Source: Candidatus Dojkabacteria bacterium
GTDB lineage: Bacteria > Patescibacteriota > Dojkabacteria > B142 > OLB20
Reading direction: 5' to 3'
DNA: 64,000 nt
Assembly: GCA_030583785.1 (NCBI GenBank)
Contig: CP129475.1
Coordinates: 850,209 to 914,208 of the forward strand
A program made the translations under genes and the position numbers. The notes below the pieces were generated by a model. The model saw only the letters and a list, made by a program, of their open reading frames with translations. It was not told where the DNA came from and searched no databases. The number at the start of each line of letters is the position of its first letter. The stretch's first letter is position 1. Positions 29,501 through 37,593 of this stretch are shown here, piece after piece.

Positions 29501-31978
29501 GTTAGAATTGATGCCTGATCCAAAGCGGAATCCGGCACTCCCCGGTGCTGAAACGCTTGCAGGAGCAACACTGGCTGGATCAAATACAGCCACAGGTGAG
29601 TCTGTTGCAATTACGCCTTTTTGTATTCTTAAGTTTGGTAAGGTCAGCTCAACCTGAACAATCTGCGTTGCAGTTTGTGTCGTGCTGTTGGTAGTGCCTT
29701 GTGATGATTGCGCCTGATTTGTTAGGAATAGTCCATCTGCAAATGGTTCATCTGAAGCTGTAACAGTAACATATAACTCAACAATTGATGTCTGTTCGGT
29801 TAAGGTTTGGTGACTTCCATAGTCAAGGGTAAAAGTATTTGCAATGGCATCTGTCGATAAAGTAGGGACAATGCTTGTTAAAGCAAAATAAGTATCTCCT
29901 GCACCAAACTTGATTGTTCCGGGAGGTGGGATTGTAGCATCTTGAGTTGGATCAAAGGTTGTAATTTCTGTGGCCGCAAAAACTGGTAAGGGAAGATAAT
30001 CTGTAATAACAAGGTTTTCTACATCAGAGGTAGGCATTTCAAAGCGTATCCTGTATGTAATGGTGTCTCCAGGACCGATTTTCGGCGTTGAGTAAGAACC
30101 TATAACACCATTGATGGCGCGTATATCTTTTAATGCCAGCACTCCGTTGAGTATGCTCAGTCCGGATGAGCTTGTTTCTGTGACAGCGTTTCCGGTAGAA
30201 GATAGATTGGAATTGTTTAAGACTTCTGCAAATATCGTAACTTGGTTACCCAAAATATCTCCTTGATCGACATTCTCGTTTTGTGGCAGATAATCATCTG
30301 TGAATTCTTGTTGGATCTGTGCTCTAAAGACGAGTGTAGCTGTAGTAGCAGTAGAACCTGTGCAGTCGATTGCTCCTCCAATTAGTGGAACACAGCCACC
30401 GATCAGGTCGCCATCGTTGCTAAATGTCCTTAACAGCAGTTCAGAGCTTATGTCGAATATGATCTCTTGAGTTCCGTCGATTGGAGGTACCGCAGGAGAA
30501 CCGCCCGTGAAATGGTCTACAACTTGAATGTTTGCAGTATCAATGGATCCAGAAGTTGATGAGCCGTGCATATTAACGCTAAGCGTAGGATTAAAAGCGG
30601 GATAGTAGCGTTGTCCATCTGAAAGAATGTCTGTGATTGCAATGTTTTCTAGTGCGAAGAAGTCCGAAACTTGAAAATTTAGAGTGTACTGTACAATATC
30701 TCCAGGGGTGTATCCGGTTGGTCCAACATCTGTAGCCATAGCTACAGATTTTTGTATTACAAGACTGCAGGCTCGAAACTGTGCATCATTAGGCGTTGCA
30801 TCAGAGCTTAAAGGTGATAAGGTATCTCGTGGATCTATGGGTTGCCAGTTGGCGGTTGCCGATATATCGTTGGGGATAGTGACGCATCCTCCGAGAGTCG
30901 GATCAATAATAGAATCTAAGTCTGCATCTAGTTCGGGTACAAAGTAGTTGAAGGTGGCCGAGGCATCGGTTGCAGATGTTGTTCCCGTTAAAGAGGTCCA
31001 AGTTAGTTCCAACAAATTGTCTGGTGGATTCTGCGGAGATGCAGTTGAAGGTTGTTCGCTAATCGTTGCCGTTGGACTCGATGATGCCACAGAAAGGTAG
31101 TTTATTCGATTATCAAGATTGTCACTAAGTACGAAGTCGTCTAGTGTTTGTCCGTCTGCTATGTCTACAGCAAGTGCAAATTGTCTAGGGAAATTTTGGC
31201 CAGTTGCTGTTTCTCCTTCTGGTCCTACATATGATTTACGGATGCTGAAAACAGTTGGGTTTGTATTATAGTTAGAGAAAGTATTTAATATAGTTGGGTC
31301 TGTAGTAAAGTCGTTAGCTGGTGTTGCACCAAACTGAAATCCACCTCTAGCTTGCAGAGTAAGTGGTGTTCCTGCGTCAGCATAATCACTTAGATTTGCA
31401 CTAACTGATACAGTGACATTGGGTTGCCCCGGAACAAAAGAGCCAAAAGGTAACTGTAGTACTACAAATTTATCCCCGGGTGTGCCGCAGACTTGTATTG
31501 CAGTTCCTGTGTTATCGACAGCGTAAGGATGGTTAACACATGGCTCGGTATCTGTAAATTGATAAACATTAGTTGTTAGCGGCGAGCCTAGAAAAGTAGC
31601 GCTCAAAAAGTTAATACCGTCTGCTTCAAATCCTGGATCAAAAGGATATACTCCATCTGTTCCGTTAAAGGGAAAGATCATATCAATAAACGGACCGTAG
31701 CCTTCTGTTGTACCTGAGTTGACAAAAACCATCGAGAAATTAAAGTTTTCACCGATTAAGGTTTCGGTTGGGAAGGTTACATTCAGCACCGGATTTGGTG
31801 TTGCCGAAACTGGCTGAGGCAATACAAATAGGGGAGAAACAATAAGTAGAAGCAGGTTAAAAATCAGCAGTAAATTAAAAGCCGGTTTTTTTACTGCATT
31901 TTTTATAAATGAAAATAAACCTAATCTAGGGTTATGTTTTGGCAGGATATCAATCCTACTATAACTGACTCTATGCAT
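23594..31978 (-). CDS. giant (2794 aa) cell-wall-anchored surface protein with DUF11-type repeat domains and a C-terminal LAXTG sorting signal
   Basis: Signal peptide, many ~100-aa repeats of the conserved-repeat-domain type (e.g. GDTVTFTLVIDHNPASDANAYEVELTDVIPSGMTF), and C-terminal LAVTG + hydrophobic stretch + RRRD tail. Confidence 0.85.
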   Translation of the reverse strand: MHRVSYSRIDILPKHNPRLGLFSFIKNAVKKPAFNLLLIFNLLLLIVSPLFVLPQPVSATPNPVLNVTFPTETLIGENFNFSMVFVNSGTTEGYGPFIDMIFPFNGTDGVYPFDPGFEADGINFLSATFLGSPLTTNVYQFTDTEPCVNHPYAVDNTGTAIQVCGTPGDKFVVLQLPFGSFVPGQPNVTVSVSANLSDYADAGTPLTLQARGGFQFGATPANDFTTDPTILNTFSNYNTNPTVFSIRKSYVGPEGETATGQNFPRQFALAVDIADGQTLDDFVLSDNLDNRINYLSVASSSPTATISEQPSTASPQNPPDNLLELTWTSLTGTTSATDASATFNYFVPELDADLDSIIDPTLGGCVTIPNDISATANWQPIDPRDTLSPLSSDATPNDAQFRACSLVIQKSVAMATDVGPTGYTPGDIVQYTLNFQVSDFFALENIAITDILSDGQRYYPAFNPTLSVNMHGSSTSGSIDTANIQVVDHFTGGSPAVPPIDGTQEIIFDISSELLLRTFSNDGDLIGGCVPLIGGAIDCTGSTATTATLVFRAQIQQEFTDDYLPQNENVDQGDILGNQVTIFAEVLNNSNLSSTGNAVTETSSSGLSILNGVLALKDIRAINGVIGSYSTPKIGPGDTITYRIRFEMPTSDVENLVITDYLPLPVFAATEITTFDPTQDATIPPPGTIKFGAGDTYFALTSIVPTLSTDAIANTFTLDYGSHQTLTEQTSIVELYVTVTASDEPFADGLFLTNQAQSSQGTTNSTTQTATQIVQVELTLPNLRIQKGVIATDSPVAVFDPASVAPASVSAPGSAGFRFGSGINSNNLTTTPIDSNLVGVDAADLVSFAVVIENIGQGINGAYNVAFADTLPSEFIVPSGGLNMTITDGAGNPLAWTPVNVLDTYPLFGSGITLDDSLVGSLSAYHATSGSNIAIITYDLEIIGSIDAEVLIENIASLTSYSSSDMGPNFLAVSLSDPAEVTETKIPEIEKNYVGSNHAGSIDPYVVVGEIIEYEVVLTIPEGVMINTLLTDTLDSGLALVGINSITSSTPDLTTDYPGGFAGVASGIVVTNSGRAIEFPFNTLTNINTNNLVDETITLNYSAVVLNNNEIYRDRQRNNSAVFTYANGSVSDSADNVVIAEPTLRVTKTPSAANADAGDTVTFTLVIDHNPASDANAYEVELTDVIPSGMTFAGNLNHTAGLAPSVGPSESSGTITASWATFPDDGSSSTITFDVTIDGSVTLGSSIINTASARWTSLPGSILTDQSTYASPSTERTGSTSDPGGSENDYVVSGSGTVTILSANPTKLITSTSESSTGVLSSIERVAVGEIIRYRTYIRIAEATAPNLMFRDMLPTGLQFINDGTAMIAFVANDAGISSSTLIPASIGCDGGSNPDLSFVGNEVNVDSIVPECPLPDTAVSSAEASNNDTYGSGTSVYFKFGNVTNDDRDTDFEYIIVEFNALVLNISTNQAATTRDNTFRLMQNGSIVATSTTGNPNRVRVVEPVVTVSKAVTIAPTDAGDALQYTLTVRNQDTSVNGATAFDINVLDLVPAEAVVGSVVVSTPNGYTDNSSGQSVDILLDFLNKGQQATITINTIVDSVIQPQEIINNIASARWSSLPSTNGTTTNPTGSSTPGASGSSTGERNGNDGVGLLNDYVASSSANTTIGSITIDKLEPSVTTYAIGSTVNYEILITMPEGTANNVVVTDYIPNGMRYSSYQIITTAGGNLSADFAGSIPTPVVTGGASSGDDVSLAFSSITTTADNNSNNNSFIIRLSLTVLNELGLQRNSTLANTAGLVFDNPNAAGVLSVTDSVPVVITVIEPILDISKTASSIPPLVQAGSSVEYEIVVTHNASSNADAYEVVIQDPAQTNLTITNVSVAVTGSIPTPSSTFAGNTVLVPATGSFTLPDDGTYLTITVTATVNAGASETITNTAQATWSSVPLPNTNARTNGSGNYDLSETGATGLNDYSVTDSDNMVSTSNPTISKVVGQTSANHTSDATDPIQVTIGETISYFLRIGIGEGTTSTLRLIDNLAANTAYISHSLVTVAADSFGEMALDFNGTVPAPSCSGCVNGSAGANLQFDFSGVVNNVDANGLNDFFGIRIDVVVLDIPLNDGLPLGTTQFSNTSSLQANLPSGQIVNSNTIDFDIVEPNLTIDKEFDTGVDPDQASPFEFADVQITIENNGSSSAFDVDWLDNLNSIHTGVFLYQNDISALCSAGVTISMSVDDSSSPVLTGQIIELPAGESCTVSFSVQLVGTIDQSVYPQVTNQTRIVEFSTLPNTNSNERTVGPVIASDSITVAVVDLEIDKTDGALESDPGDTLVYNLTITNSGLVEATGIIVSEEVPANTTFEDSLSTTGWVCTPDNSAGSTCIFDLSSHLGTPLAENGGNETIQFAVIIDNPVAPLTTSITNTASVTDDGSKGIDPTPTNNTDTDENLMGNVVDLAIEKTTTASSVSFNTDLVFTLNYENLGTTDATGVEISDTVPDNSVFNPTLSSVGWSCLPDNNPGSICTISVGTVPRNTSGSIEFAVTTADYPPVYSEIYNEASITDDGNNGPDIRPEDNSDDTSVPVLYTNVFDPPSALKTFNDAGLPEIEWKMVWINDGNTVALDVRIIDPIPVNTTYVTDSFQCEARGLSTTTLCTFDSLNNQVVWEGNIAPDLGGTDEDDSDNEVVLTFRTTVPPTIETLENHAYVYWDDNLNGDIDDDILAGQEPRYSNDPATGEVDDPTTWIRPTLAVTGSSFLVPSVAAFMILITLAAVNIKNYNLLTIGRRRDLSSISERISFRSIKGF

Positions 31979-32096
31979 AAGCAGTAAAAATTTTCGTGCT
32001 GATAATACAGGTTAACACCTGCTTTTCACGAAGACAATATTAATTATTACAATAACTTCTTATCTCTTGTAAGATATAAGAATTAGAAACAGGCAA

Positions 32097-33050
32097 ATGG
32101 GATCTCTTACAGAAATATTACTAATCTTCTTCCTGCTGTTTGTACTAGTTAAGTCAGCTGACTTGGTACAAGAAAGCATGGTAACGGTTTCCAAGGCAAT
32201 GAATCTGAGTCCGTTCTTAGTCGGATTTGTGGTGCTTGCCTTGGCGTCCTCTTTGCCAGAATTATCTGTCGCTTTAACATCCGCGGCCACAAATGTTCCA
32301 GAACTGTCTTTAGGTAATCTAATAGGCTCTTCAATTGTTGTTTTAAGTTTAATCATCGGATCAACAGCGATTAAAGCAGGTTCTTTGCCCTTTACCGGTA
32401 GTTATAGCCTAAGTAGTTTGTTATTAACACTAGGACTTATTTCAACTCAAGTTATTGTTCTACTTGATGGCGAGCTTTCTCGCGATGACGGCATCCTCTT
32501 AATTACCGGATATATAGTTGTTACTGCAGTAGTATTAAGAAAAGTAATAAAATTGCGTCCCAAGAAAAGGAGACGCAAAAAGGCAGCCTTCGCAAAGCTA
32601 TTAGCATTTTCTGCGGTAGGTGTTCTTGGATTATTAATTGCATCAAATTTACTTGTCGAAACTGCAGTTGATTTTTCAGAATCGCTTGGTATTTCAAAAA
32701 CAATCGTCGGTATGCTCTTGTTTAGCATCGGTACGAATTTACCTGAACTTACTATGCTTCTTAGAAGTAATACCGTCGATAAAAGCAAACTTGCAGTTGG
32801 GAATTTTGTCGGTGTGACTGCCTTGCATATTCCTGCACTTGGGTTATTGGCAATCATTAGCCCTCATCAGATAGCTAATGTATCAATTATTGCCATAGGA
32901 CAATTTTTCTTAGCTCTCTGTCTGATTCTTTTTGCATTATTTGCTACAACCGGAAAAGAGATCCAGCGTCGAGAAGGATATTTGCTTGTTAGTCTATATC
33001 TTGCTTGGGTTTTTATTGAGTCCGTGAACGCAATTATATTAAGACAATAA
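32097..33050 (+). CDS. Ca2+/cation antiporter (CaCA, YrbG-like) family membrane protein
   Basis: Two alpha-repeats (GNLIGSSIVVLSLIIG / GNFVGVTALHI) and about 10 TM segments. Confidence 0.75.
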   Translation: MGSLTEILLIFFLLFVLVKSADLVQESMVTVSKAMNLSPFLVGFVVLALASSLPELSVALTSAATNVPELSLGNLIGSSIVVLSLIIGSTAIKAGSLPFTGSYSLSSLLLTLGLISTQVIVLLDGELSRDDGILLITGYIVVTAVVLRKVIKLRPKKRRRKKAAFAKLLAFSAVGVLGLLIASNLLVETAVDFSESLGISKTIVGMLLFSIGTNLPELTMLLRSNTVDKSKLAVGNFVGVTALHIPALGLLAIISPHQIANVSIIAIGQFFLALCLILFALFATTGKEIQRREGYLLVSLYLAWVFIESVNAIILRQ

Positions 33051-34091
33051 TTAGTTTTCTACGACATCTTTAAACACTTCGTTTGCCTGTTGCGTTACCC
33101 TGATAAAAGTTGCGCACTTCGGAACATGTTTCAGTTGTCTGGCTCCAATGTATGTACATGCAGATCTTAATCCACCAAGAATGTCTTCGATTGTGTTTTC
33201 TAATGCGCCACGATATGGTACTCGAATAGCTTTGCCTTCACTGGCCCTGTAAGCGGCCCTTTTTCCATAGTGTTTAACCATGGCTGTTGTTGAGCTCATG
33301 CCATAATATATTTTAAATTTCTTTCCATTTTCTTCGATTATTTCTCCTGCGTTTTCGTCGTGTCCTGCAAGCATCCCCCCGAGCATAACAAAATCCGCTC
33401 CTCCGCCAAATGCCTTGGCAAGATCACCTGGTACTGTGCATCCGCCATCTGCAATAATCCTTCCGCCAAGTCCGTGTGCAGCATCTGCACATTCTATTAC
33501 TGCGGATAACTGTGGGTAGCCAACGCCAGCTTTTAGTCTTGTGGTGCAGGCACTTCCCGGTCCTATTCCAATCTTGACTATATCGGCACCGCTTAATATT
33601 AATTGTTCGGTCATCTCACCGGTAACTACATTTCCAGCTATTATTGTTGTTGTAGGCAGAATCTTTCTAGCCTGTTCGATAAAACGAATGAATCGCTCGG
33701 TGTAGCCATTGGCAACATCAATACATAAAAATTCCAGGTCGATACTTTTTTTAAGCTCTTTAATGTTCTCGATATCTTGATCTTTGATCCCAACTGTGAC
33801 AATGGAGTTCTTGAAGTATTTTTCTGCCGACATCTTGATGAGTTGTTCGTTCGTGTAGAACTTATGCAGGCAGGTTAAGAGCTCATGTTTTGCAAGTACT
33901 TTAGCTACTTCTACTGTCGCGATAGTATCCATGTTTGCGGCAATTATTGGCACGCCTTTCCAGACTCTTTTAGAGTGTAAAAATTCAAATTCTCGATTAA
34001 TATCTACATCTGATCGGCTACTAAGAGTTGATCTTTTGGGTCTTAACAACACATCTTTATAGTCAAGTTTGACTTCTGTCTCGATTCTCAT
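33051..34091 (-). CDS. guaC: GMP reductase
   Basis: 346 aa, colinear and highly similar to enterobacterial GuaC ([25 protein letters not shown]...IIAANMDT...[11 protein letters not shown]...GGMLAG). No CBS insert, so GuaC rather than IMPDH. Confidence 0.92.
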   Translation of the reverse strand: MRIETEVKLDYKDVLLRPKRSTLSSRSDVDINREFEFLHSKRVWKGVPIIAANMDTIATVEVAKVLAKHELLTCLHKFYTNEQLIKMSAEKYFKNSIVTVGIKDQDIENIKELKKSIDLEFLCIDVANGYTERFIRFIEQARKILPTTTIIAGNVVTGEMTEQLILSGADIVKIGIGPGSACTTRLKAGVGYPQLSAVIECADAAHGLGGRIIADGGCTVPGDLAKAFGGGADFVMLGGMLAGHDENAGEIIEENGKKFKIYYGMSSTTAMVKHYGKRAAYRASEGKAIRVPYRGALENTIEDILGGLRSACTYIGARQLKHVPKCATFIRVTQQANEVFKDVVEN

Positions 34092-34128
34092 GGGAAGAAT
34101 TTAAAAATACACAAGCAATTTAGCAAAT

Positions 34129-35259
34129 TCAAGAAGAATAATCTATTGCTTGATTGATTGCCTCGATTATGTCTGGGATTTGATTCCCACGATAGGGTAT
34201 TGATCTGCCAAGAGTCTGATAAATTTTTATTCTGCTTAATCTATAATAAAGCTCATCTGGTAACTCTTGCATTCGATTCTCTGTAGTATAATCCATTAAC
34301 AAGTCAGCTATAGTTTTGCCGGGTTCGAGTGGACCAATCCTTTGCATCTCAGCTAGTAAGGGTAGCATAAGAGTTCTAGTATTAACTCGAGCTTCCTCTG
34401 CGAGGAATTGAAGCTGTGATATCTGCTCATCACATATCTCTGGTTTAAGCTGTTTTAGTCTATATCCCAAATACCCTATGGCTATTGTTTCTGCAAGTCT
34501 TTCTTTTTCAGAATCGAATAGAGAATCAACAGTTCTATGATCAAATTGGTAGGCAAGACCTTGTTGTTTTAGGAATTCATAGACAAGACCTTCGTTAATA
34601 ATGTCTTGTAAACCGTGTGTATATTCGTGCGCTGCAAGCCAACTAGTTGCTAGCTGCAGTAATTGATCACTTTCTAGATTCAAATTCATTTGTGATGAGA
34701 AGTCATCAAGGAGTCGATATTTGTATGCTAATACAGCAGATGTAAATCTGATCAATGGTTTTTCGCTGACTATAAATGGTTTTACATACACTGAGCTATC
34801 GTATACTGTTTCAGATACTACATAGGTGATATCTGCATCAGAAATCCATAAGTTGAGTCTATTTGCAGATGTATTGTTTAAGCCAATACTTTCAAGATAT
34901 GCGGAAAAACCATCTATCTCTGCAACAAACCAATTTTTTATGACGCGAGGGGGTTTGTTAAAGGGAATTTCAGGTTTTTGGTCATCATTCAGCAGTCCAT
35001 TTTCAAGAAGATTAGTGACAAGCTGCATATCTACTCCTGAACATCTCGTGATCAAGCTCCCATTCTCTTCGTGGCAACGAGTTCCCTGCAGAACAGAGTG
35101 GGCTATCTGTAATATTATCCCAGGATCGCAATCACTGAGACGATATTCACTTACAAGTCGATCTAGAACAGCAGTATCTTCTTCGCAAGCGGTATTAAGC
35201 TGAATCCTTCTTGCTTGTTCAATAATACTTGAAAGATCCGGTTCGGTGTCTAAACACAT
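34129..35259 (-). CDS. hypothetical protein with HExxH (putative zinc-metallopeptidase) motif
   Basis: 376 aa with AAHEYTHGLQD; no signal peptide. Confidence 0.4.
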   Translation of the reverse strand: MCLDTEPDLSSIIEQARRIQLNTACEEDTAVLDRLVSEYRLSDCDPGIILQIAHSVLQGTRCHEENGSLITRCSGVDMQLVTNLLENGLLNDDQKPEIPFNKPPRVIKNWFVAEIDGFSAYLESIGLNNTSANRLNLWISDADITYVVSETVYDSSVYVKPFIVSEKPLIRFTSAVLAYKYRLLDDFSSQMNLNLESDQLLQLATSWLAAHEYTHGLQDIINEGLVYEFLKQQGLAYQFDHRTVDSLFDSEKERLAETIAIGYLGYRLKQLKPEICDEQISQLQFLAEEARVNTRTLMLPLLAEMQRIGPLEPGKTIADLLMDYTTENRMQELPDELYYRLSRIKIYQTLGRSIPYRGNQIPDIIEAINQAIDYSS

Positions 35260-35320
35260 AGGTATATCATATATATACCTATTATATCACAGCGAGGCTA
35301 ATTCAAGTATAATCCTTTTA

Positions 35321-36781
35321 CTATTGACCCTTTTTAATCTCTTCTTTAAGCTCTGCCATAGATATCTCGCGCTCTACCATTGTATCTATTGCTTTTTCGA
35401 GCTCTTTGACCTTGTTGGCAAGTTGTGTGCGAATGTCTTTATTTTCGTGGATATCAATAATTATTCCTCTTATACCTTTGATACTATTCTCTTCAATAAT
35501 TGGGGAAACATACACCATAACGGCAAGTTTGCTCCCGTCCTTTCTGATTGCGAGCATCTCCAGGGCCTTGTCTGGATGACTTAACAGATGAAGATAGTTT
35601 ATTTTGTTTCCTGCTTCGTCATGTATAAGCTTGCAAATAGTCAGTATATTTGTGATCTCCTCTGGCTTTTGTCCAAACAGAGATTCAGACGATTTATTTA
35701 TGTATTTTATTAGACCTGAATCGTCTGTTTCAAAGACAACCTGCGGAAGAAGATCTGTTAGATGTTTGAATCTGGTTTCTGATTTTAGAAGTTGTTTTGT
35801 CTTATCTTCAACATTTCTGGTTAGAACGAGATTATATCTGCGAGCTACTACCACATAAACAATGCCAAGCGTCAGAATTAGTCCAGAGATTAATGCAAAC
35901 GGGCGAATCCAACCAGGTTCAACTTCAACTTCGACAGGTTCAACAATTTTCTCTAGGTTCTCAAGGATCGATGTGTAGTAAATGCTATTGCTATCAGCTT
36001 TAAGCTCGAGCATGTGTCTATCCAGCGCCTCCTTAAGGTAAGGTGTCATATCCGAATTCTTGCTTAAAGCAAATTTCAGTTCGACCGGATTAAAGACAAT
36101 GCTGGAGCGGGATACATTATAATCCTTTTCGCTGAAGGTGCCGAATAGTCTATTAACAACAGCAACATCTGCGATATTATCCTCAATGGCTTGAAGATTT
36201 TCTTCATAAGAATCGAATTCAACGAAGGTTGCTTTAATATCAAAATTTTTGATTAGATTGCGAATCCCAAGTGGTCCTATAGAATGGATATCTTCTTTCA
36301 TGACTGCTATTCGAAGACCCTCTAAGTCAGTAAATGAACTTAGCAACATTCCCGGTCTGGAATATACAGATGCCCAGTTAATAAATGCTGTTTCGTTGGC
36401 AAATTCGAATATTTCGGCTCTCTCCGGGAAATATCCCACATCTACCATAATATCTACTTGGTCTCTGCGAAGTTTTTCTAAGCCCTCGTCCCAACCTGCG
36501 TTCTCGTAGACTATATTCCAGTTTTCTTTTTCTGCAATGTATTCAAGGATGTCTGGCCAGAAGCCCTTTACATTACCCTCCGAATCTGTAGAGATCTTTG
36601 GTGGGTTATTATAGATTGCTACTCTAATGTTTCGGCTTGCAGTGTTGCTAACTTGAGGAGAACTTGCCAAAACAGTTGGGGGTAGAATCAAAGAAAAGAA
36701 AAAAACAACAATAAGAAATATTGTTTTCATTTGTCTTTCATAATTTAGTTCTATTGTAAACCCAAATATGTGCTTATGCAA
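35321..36781 (-). CDS. sensor-like protein: signal peptide - family-3 solute-binding (VFT) domain - TM - PAS - signalling-helix-like C-terminus (no kinase/output domain)
   Basis: SBP_bac_3-like region (RVAIYNNPPK...FANETAFINWASVYSRPG), a TM (IRPFALISGLILTLGIVYVVV), a PAS domain (LPQVVFETDDSGLIKYINKSSESLFG...), and the C-terminus ...IDTMVEREISMAELKEEIKKGQ. Confidence 0.6.
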   Translation of the reverse strand: MHKHIFGFTIELNYERQMKTIFLIVVFFFSLILPPTVLASSPQVSNTASRNIRVAIYNNPPKISTDSEGNVKGFWPDILEYIAEKENWNIVYENAGWDEGLEKLRRDQVDIMVDVGYFPERAEIFEFANETAFINWASVYSRPGMLLSSFTDLEGLRIAVMKEDIHSIGPLGIRNLIKNFDIKATFVEFDSYEENLQAIEDNIADVAVVNRLFGTFSEKDYNVSRSSIVFNPVELKFALSKNSDMTPYLKEALDRHMLELKADSNSIYYTSILENLEKIVEPVEVEVEPGWIRPFALISGLILTLGIVYVVVARRYNLVLTRNVEDKTKQLLKSETRFKHLTDLLPQVVFETDDSGLIKYINKSSESLFGQKPEEITNILTICKLIHDEAGNKINYLHLLSHPDKALEMLAIRKDGSKLAVMVYVSPIIEENSIKGIRGIIIDIHENKDIRTQLANKVKELEKAIDTMVEREISMAELKEEIKKGQ

Positions 36782-36782
36782 A

Positions 36783-37520
36783 CTAGAGTAGTATTGTTCG
36801 AAGTTGGAGGATAATGATTACTATGCCGACAACAAACATTAGTTTTCTTGCTTCAATTCTCTTAACTACTCTTGCAGCCAATGGCGCCGCTACTACACCA
36901 CCAACAATTAATCCGAGTACGGTGATTAATGGAATTGTCTGAATCAACAGAATAAATGTGGCAGCTTGTACCAGTGTTACAAAAAATTCTGCAGCATTTA
37001 CTGAGCCAATAACTTTTGCCGGGGTTTTACCAGAAGCTATCAAGGAAGATGTAACTATTGGTCCCCAACCACCACCGCCAATAGCGTCTAATGTCCCCCC
37101 TGTAAGTCCTAGCGGTATTGCGTGTCTAAGTCTGGTCGGGTTGTCGTTTACCGGGATTTTTTTGAGTGATTTAAAGACGATGACAATTCCCATGATCAAT
37201 AAGTATACTGTAACAATCGGTTTGATTATTTCGACTGCGGTATTGACCAAAATAAATGCTCCGGTAGCACCTCCGATAATTCCAGGAATAACAAGTCGTT
37301 TGAACAATATTTTGCTGACATTGCCTAATTTATAATGTGAAATCCCCGACACAAATGTTGTGAAAACTTCAGCAATATGTACGCTACTGCTTGCGATAAC
37401 TGGACTTACTCCGGTTGATAAAAGAAAACTGGTCGAACTAACTCCGTAGGCCATGCCTATTGATCCATCAATCATTTGGGCAAAGAAGCCAATCACAACA
37501 AATAATAAAAACTCTTCCAT
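36783..37520 (-). CDS. TSUP (TauE/SafE, DUF81) family anion exporter
   Basis: 245 aa with 7-8 TM segments and an internally duplicated Gly-rich pattern (IDGSIGMAYGV / GTLDAIGGGGWGPI). Confidence 0.8.
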   Translation of the reverse strand: MEEFLLFVVIGFFAQMIDGSIGMAYGVSSTSFLLSTGVSPVIASSSVHIAEVFTTFVSGISHYKLGNVSKILFKRLVIPGIIGGATGAFILVNTAVEIIKPIVTVYLLIMGIVIVFKSLKKIPVNDNPTRLRHAIPLGLTGGTLDAIGGGGWGPIVTSSLIASGKTPAKVIGSVNAAEFFVTLVQAATFILLIQTIPLITVLGLIVGGVVAAPLAARVVKRIEARKLMFVVGIVIIILQLRTILL

Positions 37521-37593
37521 ATATATCCTATAAAGTATATGTGTTTTATAGGATATGCCTACTGTTGATTTTTTGCAAGAAAAATGTCGTTAT

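Noticed and set aside
24102-30947. About a dozen 60-106-aa ORFs on the plus strand inside the giant minus-strand gene
   Set aside because: They are antisense to a single uninterrupted 8.4-kb ORF whose product has coherent repeat architecture and signal/sorting motifs. The small ORFs have Ser/Thr/Val-rich composition typical of antisense read-through artefacts.
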